A stretch of DNA of 64,000 nucleotides from Hemiscyllium ocellatum. Taxonomy: Eukaryota. Below the pieces are notes generated by a model that saw only the letters and a list, made by a program, of their open reading frames with translations, did not search any database and was not told the origin of the DNA. Of the stretch, positions 38,601 to 50,153 are shown piece by piece (positions within the stretch are counted from its first letter, which is position 1; the number at the start of each line of letters is the position of its first letter). The DNA is taken from NCBI RefSeq assembly GCF_020745735.1, contig NC_083430.1, positions 40,414,909 to 40,478,908 of the forward strand, read 5' to 3'. Both the position numbers and the translations under genes were made by a program.

Positions 38601-40050
38601 TGTACGGGCATATGATGTAGTCCAGAGAAGGCTAAATAGGCTGATGCCAGATATGAAGGCACTGCCTTGGAGAATTAGTAGATTGGCCTGTACTTGTTGG
38701 CATATAGAAGAATGAGAGGCAACTTTATTGAAACGTGGAAGATTCTTAGGTGCTTAATGGGTTAGATGCAGAAAGGTGGTTTCCCTCATCACGGAAGTCT
38801 ATAGTACAGAAAAAGGCTCTTCAGCCCATCAAGTTTGTTAATCAAAAACAAAAACTACTAATCCTGTTTTTCAACACCTGGTCCATACTGTTGTATATCT
38901 TGACATTGCAAGTCCATATCTAAATACTATTTAATTGTTATGAGGGTGTCTGCCTCTAATGTGCTTTCAGGCATCGAATTCCAGATTTCCTTCACTCTCT
39001 AAGTTTAAAAAGTATTTCTTCACAGCCCTTCTAAACTTCCTGCCCCTAACCTCAAATCTAGCCCCCTGGTTATAGATCCATCAAGGGGACAAGTTCCTTG
39101 CTGTTTACTCTATTTATGACTCTCAATTTTGTGATCTTGATCATGTCCTCCATCAGTCTTCTCTGTTCAAAGGAAAACAACCCTAATCAACCCAAAGTTG
39201 CTTTGTAACTAAGAACTCCAGCCCAGGCAACATCTGGTAAATCTCATTTATACTGCCCCTCCTACAGTGAGTTCCAGAGCTGCGCACAATACTAGGTAGC
39301 TATGGCCCCTCCAACATTTTATATTGTTCCAATAATAACCTCTTGCTCTTATCTTTACCTTTTGTTAGTAGAAGCAAATATCCAATGTGCTTAACCACTA
39401 TCAACCTTAAGGAACTGGTGGGCGTACACACTAAGGTCCATCTGATCCTTGGTGCTTCCTTGAATCCTACCATTCATAGTGTTCCCTTTCCTTAGAGTCA
39501 TCGAGATGTACAGCACAGAAGCAGACCCTTTGGTCCAATCTGTCCATGCCGACCAAATATCCCAACCCAATCTAGTCCCACCTGCCAGCACCTGGCCCAT
39601 GTCCCTCCAAACACTTCCTATTATAGACCCAGCCAGATGCCTTTTAAATGTTGCAATTGTACCAGCCTCCACCACTACTTCTGGCAGTTCATTCCCCACA
39701 CATACCATCCTCTGTGGAAAATGTTACCCCTTGGGTCTCTCATATCTTTTCCCCTCTCCCAAATAGTGGGAGAGATTAGCACCAGAGCATAATCTCAGAA
39801 TAAAGTGGGATGGGGTAGAGGGAACAAACACAAGGCCGATGGAAAATTTGAGTTGTGAATCTGCTTTGTTTTTTTTACCACAGAGCTGTTAAGACTGGGC
39901 CATTAAGTATATTCAAGTATGAGACACCACTTTTAATCAGTAAGAGAAACATGGATTATGGGGAAAAGACAGGAAAGTGGAGTTGAGGATTATCTGATCA
40001 GCCATGATCTAATTGAATAGTGTAGCAACTTGATGGGCTGAGTGGTCTAC
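35690..40050 (+). mobile_element. Long degenerate CR1-like LINE with several nested insertions
   Basis: Collinear remnants NYRP (aactataggccag ~37800), KF..TKI (~38220), L...HLEY (~38550) and 3'UTR gatcagccatgatc (~39996). Nested minus-strand CR1 pieces at 38790-39760. Confidence 0.75.
39490..39760 (-). mobile_element. Younger CR1/HER1-like 3' end
   Basis: ttagagtcatcgagatgtacagcacagaagcagaccc terminus; minus translation 'NELPEVVVEAGTIATFKRHL'. Confidence 0.85.
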
Positions 40051-40603
40051 TGGGAAAAATTAAGGAATAGCAGTATAGTTTCAAGTCAGAATGGTGAGTG
40101 TAACTTGCAGGTGGTGTTCCCACATCCTTGTTGATTAGTTGTGGGTTGGGAATATGCTGTCAACAGAACCTTAGAATTTAAGCAGTGCACCTAAATAGAT
40201 GGTACACTCTGCTCTTGAGCATCACTAATGGAGGGAGTGAAAATTTGTGGATGTGGCACCAATTAAGTGGGTTGCTTTGACCTTAACTGAAACAATCTAG
40301 AGTTGAAGCTACACTCGTAGATGTGTGGAGCATTCAATTACACTCTTAATTTGTGACTTGCAATTGGGGGACAAAGTTTGGAGAGAGGTGGTGAATTACT
40401 TGGTGCAAGATTCCTGCCCTCTGACTTGTAGCTGTAACATTTATATGACTGACTTTCTGGTCGATGGTAAAACACAGGATGTTGATTTGGGGTGTATGGG
40501 TTGGGAGCTGGAAATTTAATGGTGATACCACTGAATGTTGAGGGTACGAATAAATTTTTTTTGGAGATTATCATTGCTTGGCACTAGCTTGAATGTTGTA
40601 CAG

Positions 40604-40815
40604 AGCTGAAAATGTGTTGCTGGAAAAGCGCAGCAGGTCAGGCAGTATCCAAAGAGCAGGAGAACCGACGTTTCGGGCATAAGCCCTTCAGGAGGAAGAA
40701 GGGCTTATGCCCGAAACGTCGAATCTCCTGCTCTTTGTATGCTACCTGACCTGCGCTTTTCCAGCAACACATTTTCAGCTCTGATCTCCAGCATCTACAG
40801 ACCTCACTTTCTCCC
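40604..40815. mobile_element. Penelope-derived fold-back element (family A)
   Basis: Inverted arms meet at the hammerhead (~40690-40698). Perfect 14-bp TSD tgaatgttgtacag at 40590-40603 and 40816-40829. Confidence 0.9.
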
Positions 40816-41476
40816 TGAATGTTGTACAGTCCTTATGCATTTGGAATGGACTAGTACAGTATCTGAGGATTTGCTCATCAGCAAACACCTCCACTTTTGA
40901 CCTTTAATGCCCTTCCTTCAATATTAAAGAAGCTTCTGAAGGTAGTCTGGCCTAGAACATTACTCTGTGGGCAGCCGGTTATGATGGTCTGGTGCTGGGA
41001 TTACTGACTTTCATCAGCCCCCACCCATCTTCCTTTTGAACAAGTATAATCTGAAGCAGAATTTTTCCCCCATTTCCTGTTGACATTACATTTGCTTAAG
41101 CTCCTTGATACCAAATCAAATGCATGGAGTACAAATCTTTCCCTCCCTATTTGAACTAAGGTTCTAATTGGGTCAAGAGCTGAGTGACCCTGGCAGAACC
41201 CAAACTGAGCATCAGTGTATGATTTTATATGTACCAACTGAGCATCAGTAAGCAGGCTATTGCTCAGTAACTTTGCTTGATATAGTTTTTGATGGAGAAT
41301 AGGCTGGGTCTAGATGAATATAACTTGTTTTATTTGTGGACAGGACAAACCAAGTTACTTTTCCACATTCTCTTGTAGAGATGCCAGTGTTGTGGTTGGA
41401 CTGAACAGATTGGCTAAGGATGCAAAAGTCCTAGACATAGACCATGTAAGGTTTGTGATTATATATTCCATTATAG

Positions 41477-43071
41477 ATTTGTGAAGGTTTGTAGCTCAGG
41501 TTGAGGTTTAGGGTGTAGGTTTGCTCGCTGAGCTGTAGGTTTGATATCCAGATGGTTCATACCTGGCTAGGTAACATCAGTGGCGACCTCAAAGTGAAAC
41601 GAAGCTGTTTCCTGCTTTCTATTTTTGTCCTGGATGGGGTTCTTGGGGTTTGTTGTGGTGTCATTTCCTGTTTGTTTTCTGAGGGGTTGATAGATGATAT
41701 ATAGGTCTGTTTATGGCATTGTGGTTGAAGTGCCAGGCCTCTAGGAATTCTCTGGCATGTCTCTGTTTAGCCTGTCCCAGGATAGATGTGTTGTCCCAGT
41801 CGAATTAGTGTTTTTTTTCATCCATGCGTAGGGCTACGAGGGAGAGGGGATAGTGTCGTCTTGTGGCTAGCTTGTGTTTGTGTATCTTAGTGGCTAACTC
41901 TCTTCCTGTTTGTCCTACGTAGTGTTTGTGGCAGTCCTTGCATGGAAGTTTGTAGATAACGTTGGTTTTGTCCATGGGTTGTACTGGGTCTTTTAAGTTT
42001 GTTAGTTTTTGTTTGAGTGTTGGTGGGTTTGTGTACTACTAGGATTCCGAGGGGTCTTAGTAGTCTGGCTGTCATTTCTGAAACTTCTTTGTATGGTAAG
42101 GTGGTTAGGGTTTCTGGCTGTTTGGTCTGCTTGTCGTGGTTTGTTCTTGAGGAATCTGCGGACTGTATTTGTTTGAGTATCCGTTCTTCTTGAATACGTT
42201 GTAAAGGTGGTTCTCTGTTTTCCGAAGTTCGTCTGTGCTGCAGTGTGTGGTGGCTCGTTGGAATAGTGTTCTGATACAGCTTCATCCCAACGTGCACAAA
42301 CAAAGCTGTATCAGAACACTTCCAACGAACCACCACACACCAGCACAGACGAACTTCGGAAAACAGAGGAGAACCACCTTTACAACGTATTCAGAAGAAC
42401 AGATACTCAAATAATACAGTCCACAGTTTCCTCAAGAACAACCCACGACAAGCAGACAAAACACAGCCAGAAACCCTAACACCCTTACCATAGTGTCAGA
42501 AATGACAGCTGGACTACTAAGACCCCTTAGATTCCTAATAGCACACAAACCCACCAACACACTCGAACAAAAACTAACAAACTTAAAAGACCCAGTACAA
42601 CCCATGGACAAAACCAACGTTATCTACAAACTTCCATGCAAGGACTGCCACAAACACTACGCAGGACAAACAGGAAAAAAGTTAGCCACCAGAATACATG
42701 AACACCAGCTAGCCACAAAGACATGACCCCCTCTCCCTCAGCCCTACACACAGATGAAAAAAACCACCAATTCAACTGGGACAACATATCTATCCTGGGA
42801 CAGGCTAAACAAAGACATGCCAGAGAATTCCTAGAGGCCTGGCACTCCAACCACAATGCCATAAATAAACAGATCTAGATACCATCTATCAACCCCTCAG
42901 AAAACTAACCGGAAATGACATCACCACAAATCCCAGGAATCCCATCCAGGACAAACATAGAAAGCAGGAGACAACAATTTCGCTTGGAGGCTGCCACTGA
43001 AGTTACCTCGCCAGGTAATGAACTGTCTGGATATCAAACTTACAGCTCAGCGAGCAAACCTACACCCTAAA
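41477..43071. mobile_element. Palindromic pair of 5'-truncated Penelope-like copies (family C)
   Basis: Left arm 41507-42282 (minus) and right arm 42303-43071 (plus) with a 20-bp spacer. GIY-YIG motif 'NVIYKLPCKDCHKHYAGQTGKKLATRIHEH' in ORF 42493-42726. Confidence 0.9.
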
Positions 43072-43811
43072 GAGTATTTAGAGTTCAGAATTTGAATGAA
43101 CGTGGATTTTAGGCTGTATATGAGGGACCCAAACAATTAACTTGTCAGTTCTTCTGGAGCCATTTTTGGAATGAGTAGGGTCTGGGTTGATAAAATGAAT
43201 TTGTTTGCAATGTGTGAATTTTACAATCAGACAGTAAACATTGAAAGAGCATTTTCTTGATTTTGGTTTAGGAAAATCAAGGAATTGTTTTTATTTACCT
43301 CGGGACAAAGTTTATAGAATAAATAGCTTTTGATTTCAGATCATACAAGTTCTGTTTGAAGTTGAAGTAAGAATACCTTCTGGAGAAAGGGGTTTATTTA
43401 GAATAGTTGGTGTAAGGGTTTGTTTGAAAATTCTAGACCAGAAATGGGGTAGAGTCATGAAGGCATTATTTGAAGTTGTCTAAGCTCAGTTGTGATAATC
43501 AAGGAAAAGGTTATCAAATTCTCAATTGGAAATTGAAAGAAACACAAACCAGATGTGATAGAAAAGGGAACTCAATACTGTAAATGGTGTTGGGACAAAT
43601 GGGATTATCTTTATTGTGTTTTTAAATTGTTCAACTTGTTCTAATGTTAATAGCTTGGGTTATTCTATTGCTCAAAAGATGATAAAATAAACTTCTGACT
43701 TGTTACCCAAATCTGCAGCATTACATGTGCTTCATTGAAAGACCATCCTATTAAACTTTTTTTTGAAAATTGGGATCTGACTTGTTTGGTAATAGCAGCT
43801 GAATCATAACA
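43072..43811 (+). mobile_element. Possible solo-LTR remnant (start probably TG at 41445, split by the palindromic Penelope)
   Basis: Ends ...atcataaCA with an internal AATAAA at ~43686; the host LINE appears to resume after it. No clean TSD. Confidence 0.3.
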
Positions 43812-44203
43812 AATCATCCATAGTTCTGCCAGAATATGGTCAATGCATTAACATTTCTGAAATCTGGTACCTTTTGTTATTTATTGATATTACATGGAGT
43901 AAGTGGGATGAGTCCTATTTGATGGAGGAACTTAAGCTGCCCAGACATCAATGCAATTGTCATGTTAGGGATTACGAAGAATAAGTGTTTTGTCAGCAGA
44001 TTGTGGGCAAAGTTAGTGAAAGATGATGCAAAGGTGAAATTAGGCAGTGTTTCAGTATGCAAAGTTTGGATTTGGTGCGGAGGTTTTGGCCAAATAGGCT
44101 GGTTGAGTTGCAAGTAGTCTGGCCTAACCTGATATTGTGCCTGGGGAGGGAATTGATGCACAATTTATGGTAGAGATATAACTCCTCAACTGGAGGAAAT
44201 TGC

Positions 44204-47010
44204 AGAGGTAAAAACAATGACTGCAGATGCTGGAAACTAAATTCTGGATTAGTGGTGCTGGAAGAGCACAGCAGTTCAGGCAGCATCCAAAGTGCAGCGA
44301 AATCGACGCTTCGGGCAAAAGCCCTTCAGGAATAAAGGCAGTGAGCCTGAAGTGTGGAGAGATAAGCTAGGGGAGGGTGGGGGTGGGGAGAAAGTAGCAG
44401 AGTACAATGGGTGAGTGGGGGAGAGGATGAAGGTGATAGTAAAAAGTGAGGTCTGCAGATGCTGGAGATTAGAGCTGAAAATGTGTTGCTGGTTAAAGCA
44501 CAGCAGGTTAGGCAGCATCCAAGGAACAGGAAATTCGACATTTTGGACCAGAGCCCTCCTTCAGGATGAAGGTGATAGGTCAGGGAGGAGAGGGTGGAGT
44601 GGATAGGTGGAAAAGAAGATAGGCAGGTAGGACAAGTCTGGACAAGTCATGGGGACAGTGCTGAGCTGGAAGTTTGGAACTAGGGTGAGGTGGGGGGGGG
44701 GGGGGGGGGGGGGGAAGGAAAGGGGAAATGAGGAAGCTGTTGAAGTCCACATTGATGCCCTGGGGTTGAAGTGTTCTGAGGCAGAAGATGAGGCGTTCTT
44801 CCTCCAGGCGTCTGGTGGTGAGGGAGCGGCGGTGAAGGAGGCCCAGGACCTCCATGTCCTCGGCAGAGTGGGAGGGGGGAGTTGAAATGTTGGGCCACGG
44901 GCGGTGTGGTTGATTGGTGCGGGTGTCCCGGAGATGTTCCCTAAAGTGCTCTTCTACTAGATGCCCAGTCTCCCCAACGTAGAGGAGACTGCATCAGGAG
45001 CAACGGATACAATAAATGATATTAGTGGACGTGCAGGTAAAACTTTGGATGTGGAAGGCTCTTTTAGGGCCTTGGATAGAGGTGAGGGAGGAGGTGTGGG
45101 CACAGATTTTACAGTTCCTGCGGTGGCAGGGGAAAGTGCCAGGATGGGAGGGTGGATTGTAGGGGTGTGTGGACCTGACCAGGTGGTCACGGAGGGAATG
45201 GTCTTTGCGAATGGCAGAAAGGGGTGGGGAGGGAAATATATCCCTGGTGGCGGAAATGTCAGCGGATGATTTGGTTTATATGAAGGTTTGTAGGGTGGAA
45301 GGTGAGCACCAGGGGCATTCTGTCCTTGTTACGGTTGGAGGGGTGGGGTCTGAGGGCAGAGGTGTGGGATGTGGACGAGATGCGTTGGAGGGCATCTTTA
45401 ACCATGTGGGAAGGGAAATTGCGGTCTCAAGAAGGAGGCCATCTGGTGTTCTATGGTGGAACTGGTCCTCCTGGGAGCAGATACCGCGGAAGCGGAGGAA
45501 TTGGGAATATGGGATGATATTTTTGCAAGAGATGGGGTGGGAAGAGGTGTAATCCAGGTAGCTGTGGGAGTCGGTGGGTTTGTTTTTAAAAAAAAAGTCA
45601 GTGTCAAGTCGGTCGTCATTAATGGAGATAGAGAGGCCCAGAAAGGGGAGGGAGGTGTCAGATGGTCCTGGTAAATTTAAGGTCAGGGTAGAATGTGTTG
45701 AAGTTGATGAATTGTTCAACCTTCTTGCAGGAGCACGAGGTGGCGCCAATGCAGTCATCAGTGTAGCGGAGGAAGAGGTGGGGCGTGCTGCCGGTGTAAT
45801 TACAGAAGATCAACTGTTCTATGTAACCAACAAAGAGACCGGCATAGCTGGGGCCTATACGTGTGCCCATGACTACACCTTTGGTCTGGAGGAAGTGGGA
45901 GGATTCAAAGGAGAAATTAAGGGTGAGGACAAGTTCAGACAAACGAATGTGTCGGTGGATGCTGTTGGAAGGGTACTGTTGAATGGAGAGGAAAAAATGG
46001 AGGGCTTGGAGGCCCTGGTTATGGCAGATAGAGGTGTAGAGGGATTAGATATCCATGGTGAAGATGAGGTGTTGGGGGCTGGGGAAATGGAAGTCCTGGA
46101 GGAGGTAGAGGGTGTGGGTGGTGTCTCGAATGTATGTGGGGAGTTCCTGGACTAGGGGGGATAGAACAGTGTTGAGGTAGGTAGAGAGGAGTTCAGTGGG
46201 GAAGGAGCATGCTGAGACAATGGGTCGGCCAGGGTGGTCAGGCTTGTGGATCTTGGGAAGGAGGTAGAACTGGGCAGTGCGGGGTTCCCGGACTGAGGTT
46301 GGAAGCTGTGGGTGGGAGATCTCCTGAGGTGATGAGGTTCTGTATGATCTGGGAGATGGGGGGGTGGTGGGGTAATGGTCGAGGGGGCAGTAGGAAGAGG
46401 TGTCCTCAAGTTTTGGCTTCAGTGGTGTAGAGGTCAGTGTGCCAGACTACCACTGTGCCCCCTTTTTCTGCTAGCTTGATGGTGAGGTTGGGATTGGAGC
46501 AGAGGGATTGGAGGGCTGCGCGTTGAGGGTGAGAGGTTGGAGTGGGGGAGTGGTAGACAGGTTGAGGCGGTTAATGTCCTGGCGGCAGTTGGAAATGAAG
46601 AGGTTGAGGGCAGGTAATAGGCCAGCGCGGGGTGTCCAGTTGGATGCAGTGTGTTGGAGGTGGGCGAAGGGGTCCTCGGAAGGTGGGCGGGAATCCTGAT
46701 GGTGAAAGTACGCTCGGAGGCGACGGAAGAATTGTTCGACGTCACGACGTGCTTTAAATTCATTGCGTGGATGGAGGGGGATGAAGGTGAGTCCTTTGCT
46801 GAGGACTGATCGTTTGTCCTCCGTGAGGGGGAGGTCTGGAGGGATGGTGAAAACTTGGCAGGGCTGGGAGCTGGTGTGGGTGTGGAGCTGGGAGTGGGGT
46901 CGGAGCCAGTAACTGGAGTGGGCGTGATGGTGGGGGAATGGGGGTGGAGTCATGAGCAGGGGTGGTGTTCCCCTCTGGGTTCTGGGGGGTGGGAATAGTG
47001 ACAGTGGGCT
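44204..47010 (-). mobile_element. Near full-length degenerate Penelope-like retroelement (RT plus GIY-YIG), family A
   Basis: N-terminal 'VLSKGLTFIP' (46471-46953); RT motifs 'QTKGVVMG' and 'RYTDD' (45658-45942); 'KPTDSHSYLDY' (45276-45758); frameshifted GIY-YIG; terminal repeat at the left end. Confidence 0.92.
44440..44562 (-). mobile_element. Short Penelope terminal fragment nested in another Penelope terminal repeat
   Basis: 16-bp duplication aggatgaaggtgatag at 44424-44439 and 44563-44578. Confidence 0.85.
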
Positions 47011-47269
47011 CTGAGATACATTTCAAATAAGCTTCCTCCTCCCAGATCTTTCAGCCTGTATGGTTATTGTCTAAGTGCCATTTCAAGTGAAGTTGACAAC
47101 CATATCTTTCCAAACATAGCAACGGTTGATCTCATTTGGAGTTCTGGATAAACTATTCTTTAATAACTTTGAGCTGCTTCCTTCACTGTCAGCTGCTTGA
47201 TGATCTGTGAATCCCTTTTGTGTGCATAACATGTCCACATAATATTTAAAAGTATTCTGTACGTCTAAG

Positions 47270-48500
47270 GAGGACAGTTGCACCTGAATTGGAAGGGGAC
47301 TAATATCCTGGCAGGGAGATTTGCTAGTGCTACTCGGGAGGTTTTAAGTTAGTAAGCATGGGGATGGTGGGAAGAGACCCAAAGAGTGAAGAAAGAAGTC
47401 TGAGGATGGTACTGTTGAGTTGGAAGAACTTAAATAATCAAGGCAGAGAACAAAGTAAGATTAAACTGCATTTATTTCAATGCAAGAGGTCTAACAGGTA
47501 AGGCAGATGAGCTCAGCCTGATTAGAAACATGAGACTGGGATATTAGACACGACAAATGTGGCTCATGGAAGGGCAGGACTGGCAACTTAATGTTTCTGG
47601 GGATAGATGCTATAGGAAGGATGGGGAGGGGTGGAACAAGAGAGGAGAGGATGTTGTTTTTCGTTAAGGATAACATTACAACTGTACTTCAGGAGGTTTT
47701 TCCTGGGAATAAGTCCAAGGAAGTTACTTGGATGGAACTGAAATAAGAAAGGGATGATCACCTTACTGGAATTGTGCTATAGGTCTCCCAATAGTCAGTG
47801 TGAAATTGAGAAGAAAATTTGTAAGATGTCTGGTTATAGAATCATACAGTAGAAACAGACCCTTTGGTTCAACCAGTCCATGCTGAACATAATCCCAAAC
47901 TAAACTAGTCCCACCTGCTTCTGGTCCATGTTCCTCCCAAATTAGTGGTATAGTGGACAGTGAAGAAGGTTATTTCCAAGTCCGGTGGAACCTTGATCAG
48001 ATGTGCTGATGGGTGAGGAGTGGCAAATGGCCTTTTAATTTATTTTGGTAAGGCAAATTAATTAGGATGTTTACACTTTATGGTAGGGTCCTGGGAAATG
48101 TCAAATAAGGAGACACTGGGTGCAGGTTCATAGTTCCTTGAAGGTGGAATCACAGGTTGGCAGGATAGTGAAGTGTTTGGTATGTGTACCTTTTTTTGGT
48201 CAGTGCATTGAATATAGAAGTTAGGATGTCACGTTGCGGCTGAACAGGACATTGGTTAGGTCACTTTGCGAATACTGTGTTCCATTCTGCTCTCCCTGCT
48301 ATGGGAAGGATGTTTTTAAATTTGAAAGGGTGCATAAAAGATTGACCAGGATATTGCCAGGCTTGGAGGGTTTGAGCTATAAGGAGAGGCTGAATAGGCT
48401 GGGGCTTTTTTTTCCCTGGAGCATCTGAGCTGGAGGGTTGATTTTAGAGGTTTATAAAATGAGGGTCATAGTGAATAGCTAAGGTCTTTTTCCAGGTTTC
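47270..48500 (+). mobile_element. CR1-like LINE fragments (endonuclease start and RT C-terminus)
   Basis: 'tgcatttatttcaatgcaaga' encodes CIYFNAR; ORF 48234-48428 'LVRSLCEYCVPFCSP...ERVHKRLTRILPGL'. Confidence 0.8.
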
Positions 48501-48715
48501 TACTTGGTTCCCCTCCCTAAGGGATCAATTCTTTTCCAGCTTTATCAGCAAGCATTGGATTAAATCTAAAATTTTTGATTCTCAGTTCCATGTATACTTG
48601 TAAATATACCAGCTCAGTGAAAGGAGAGATCTTGCTCTATTTAACAATGTTGATTTTAAGAGCTCAGCACAGTGACAAGTCAGGTGCCTGTTGATCAGTA
48701 AGCCTGACTCTCCTC

Positions 48716-48810
48716 ATCCCTGATGAAGGGCTTATGCCCGAAATGTCGAATTTCCTATTCCTTGGATGCTGCCTAACCTGCTGTGCTTTAACCAGCAACA
48801 CATTTTCAAC
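48716..48810 (+). mobile_element. Penelope terminal fragment starting at the hammerhead motif
   Basis: atcc-CTGATGA-agggcttatgccc-GAAA-tg-TC-gaat at 48716-48751. Confidence 0.8.
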
Positions 48811-48811
48811 T

Positions 48812-49890
48812 GATTAGTAAGTCAGTCAGTCTCACTCAGATGGTAGGAAAGAAGTAGTTAATATAGCTCAGCTAGTAGGAGTTGGAGGTCAGTTAATCTG
48901 ACTCAAGGTGAGTAGCCTGAGCTATGGGGGAAATCGGTCAGTCTAACTCTGGGTGGGGTTGGGGGTGTCTGTCAGTCTGACTCCAGTGGAGTGGAAGGGG
49001 GTATAGTCGACTTGGGAATCGGACTAACGTTGGTCGTTCAGTTAGTCTGACTCTGGTTGGAGCAGGGAGGTCAGTCAGTCTGTTCAGTGTGGGTGGAGTG
49101 GGCAGTAGTTGGTCAGTGTGACTGTGGATGGAGTGGGGAGGGGTTGGTCGGTCAGTCAGTGTAACTGGGTGGAGTGCCACGGTCAGCTAGTGAGAATCTC
49201 GTGCAGTATCTTTTTTGGGGGAGGTGGGGGGAAGAAGAGAAAAGTTGGTCAGTCGGTGTGGATGGAGTGGGGTGAGGTGTTAGAGTCTGGTCTCTCTTGC
49301 AACATTTTTAGGTGAGGGGGATTTGGGGGGTGGTGTTTGTGAGGTGGGTAGTCTGTGTTGAATGGGAGGGGGTAGAAGGGGAAGGTTAGTGACAGTCTGG
49401 CCTCCTTTCCTGCAGCATCTTTAGGTGGGTGAGGGGGTTCAGTCTCGTCCCTCCTGTAGCATCTTTGGGTGTATGGGGGTCTGTCTGCGTGTAGAGTGCG
49501 TGGGGTGGTCTTCAGCATCTTTGGGTGGAGGGGAGGGGAGGGGAAAGAGAATAATTTGTCTGGTCTCTCCTGCAGCATCTCTAGGTGGGTGGGGTTGGTG
49601 TGTGTGTGGGGAGTGAGTGAGAATGGTCTCTCCTGCAGCATCTTTAAGTGGGTGGGGTGTGTGTCATTGAGATTCTGGTCTATCCTGCAGCATCTTTAGA
49701 AGGGTGGGGGTTGAATTGGGGGGGGGGGAAAAAGAGAAGAAAAGAAGTGTCAGACTCTGGTCTATCCTGTAGCATCTTTAGGAGGGTGGGTCTGGGAGCT
49801 TTGTCAGGTCTCCCTTGCCCCCTCTCCCCAGTAGAGTGGGTGGGGTGGGCAGACTCTGGTCTCTCCTGCAGTATCTTTTAGGGGGGAGGG
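48812..49890 (+). repeat. Two adjacent degenerate G-rich minisatellite arrays
   Basis: About 8 copies of a GTCAGTCTGACTC-like core (48821-49170), then 10 copies of a TCTGGTCTCTCCTGCAGCATCTTTA-like core (49190-49880), separated by variable G-run spacers. Confidence 0.85.
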
Positions 49891-50153
49891 GGCGGTCTCA
49901 ATGACGTCATGCCCGGTGGGGTGTACGCTGCGCAAGTGCAGACCACCCCCCCCCCCTCTCTCGCTGGGAGAGAGCCTTCAACCGCCATTTGGTTTCTGAG
50001 GAGCCGAGCGTGAGGGAGAGGGAGCGGCAGACGGAGAGCAGCTCCGACCGTCCGCCCCGCCGAGGGAAAGAAAAGAGAGAGAATTACACCGTGAGGGGGG
50101 AGGGGGTGGGATTTTTCTCTCACAAACGTTACCCGCCTAAAGCAGCTCCGGCC
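49880..50153 (+). promoter_or_regulatory. CpG-island promoter and 5'UTR of the 14-3-3 gene
   Basis: GC box ~49886-49895; perfect palindrome ATGACGTCAT (CRE) 49901-49910; NRF1-like TGCGCAAGTGCA 49929-49940; YY1-like CCGCCATTT 49982-49990. Confidence 0.75.

Noticed and set aside
45574-46155. 193-aa plus-strand ORF
   Set aside because: It is the antisense shadow of the Penelope RT region.
49190-49890. CRISPR-like repeat-spacer appearance
   Set aside because: Repeats are degenerate, spacers are low-complexity G-runs of uneven length, no cas genes are present, and the context is vertebrate.
50091-50145. Mini-intron in the 14-3-3 5'UTR
   Set aside because: A GTGAGG...AG interval of only 52-55 nt is below the usual vertebrate minimum and the donor context is weak.
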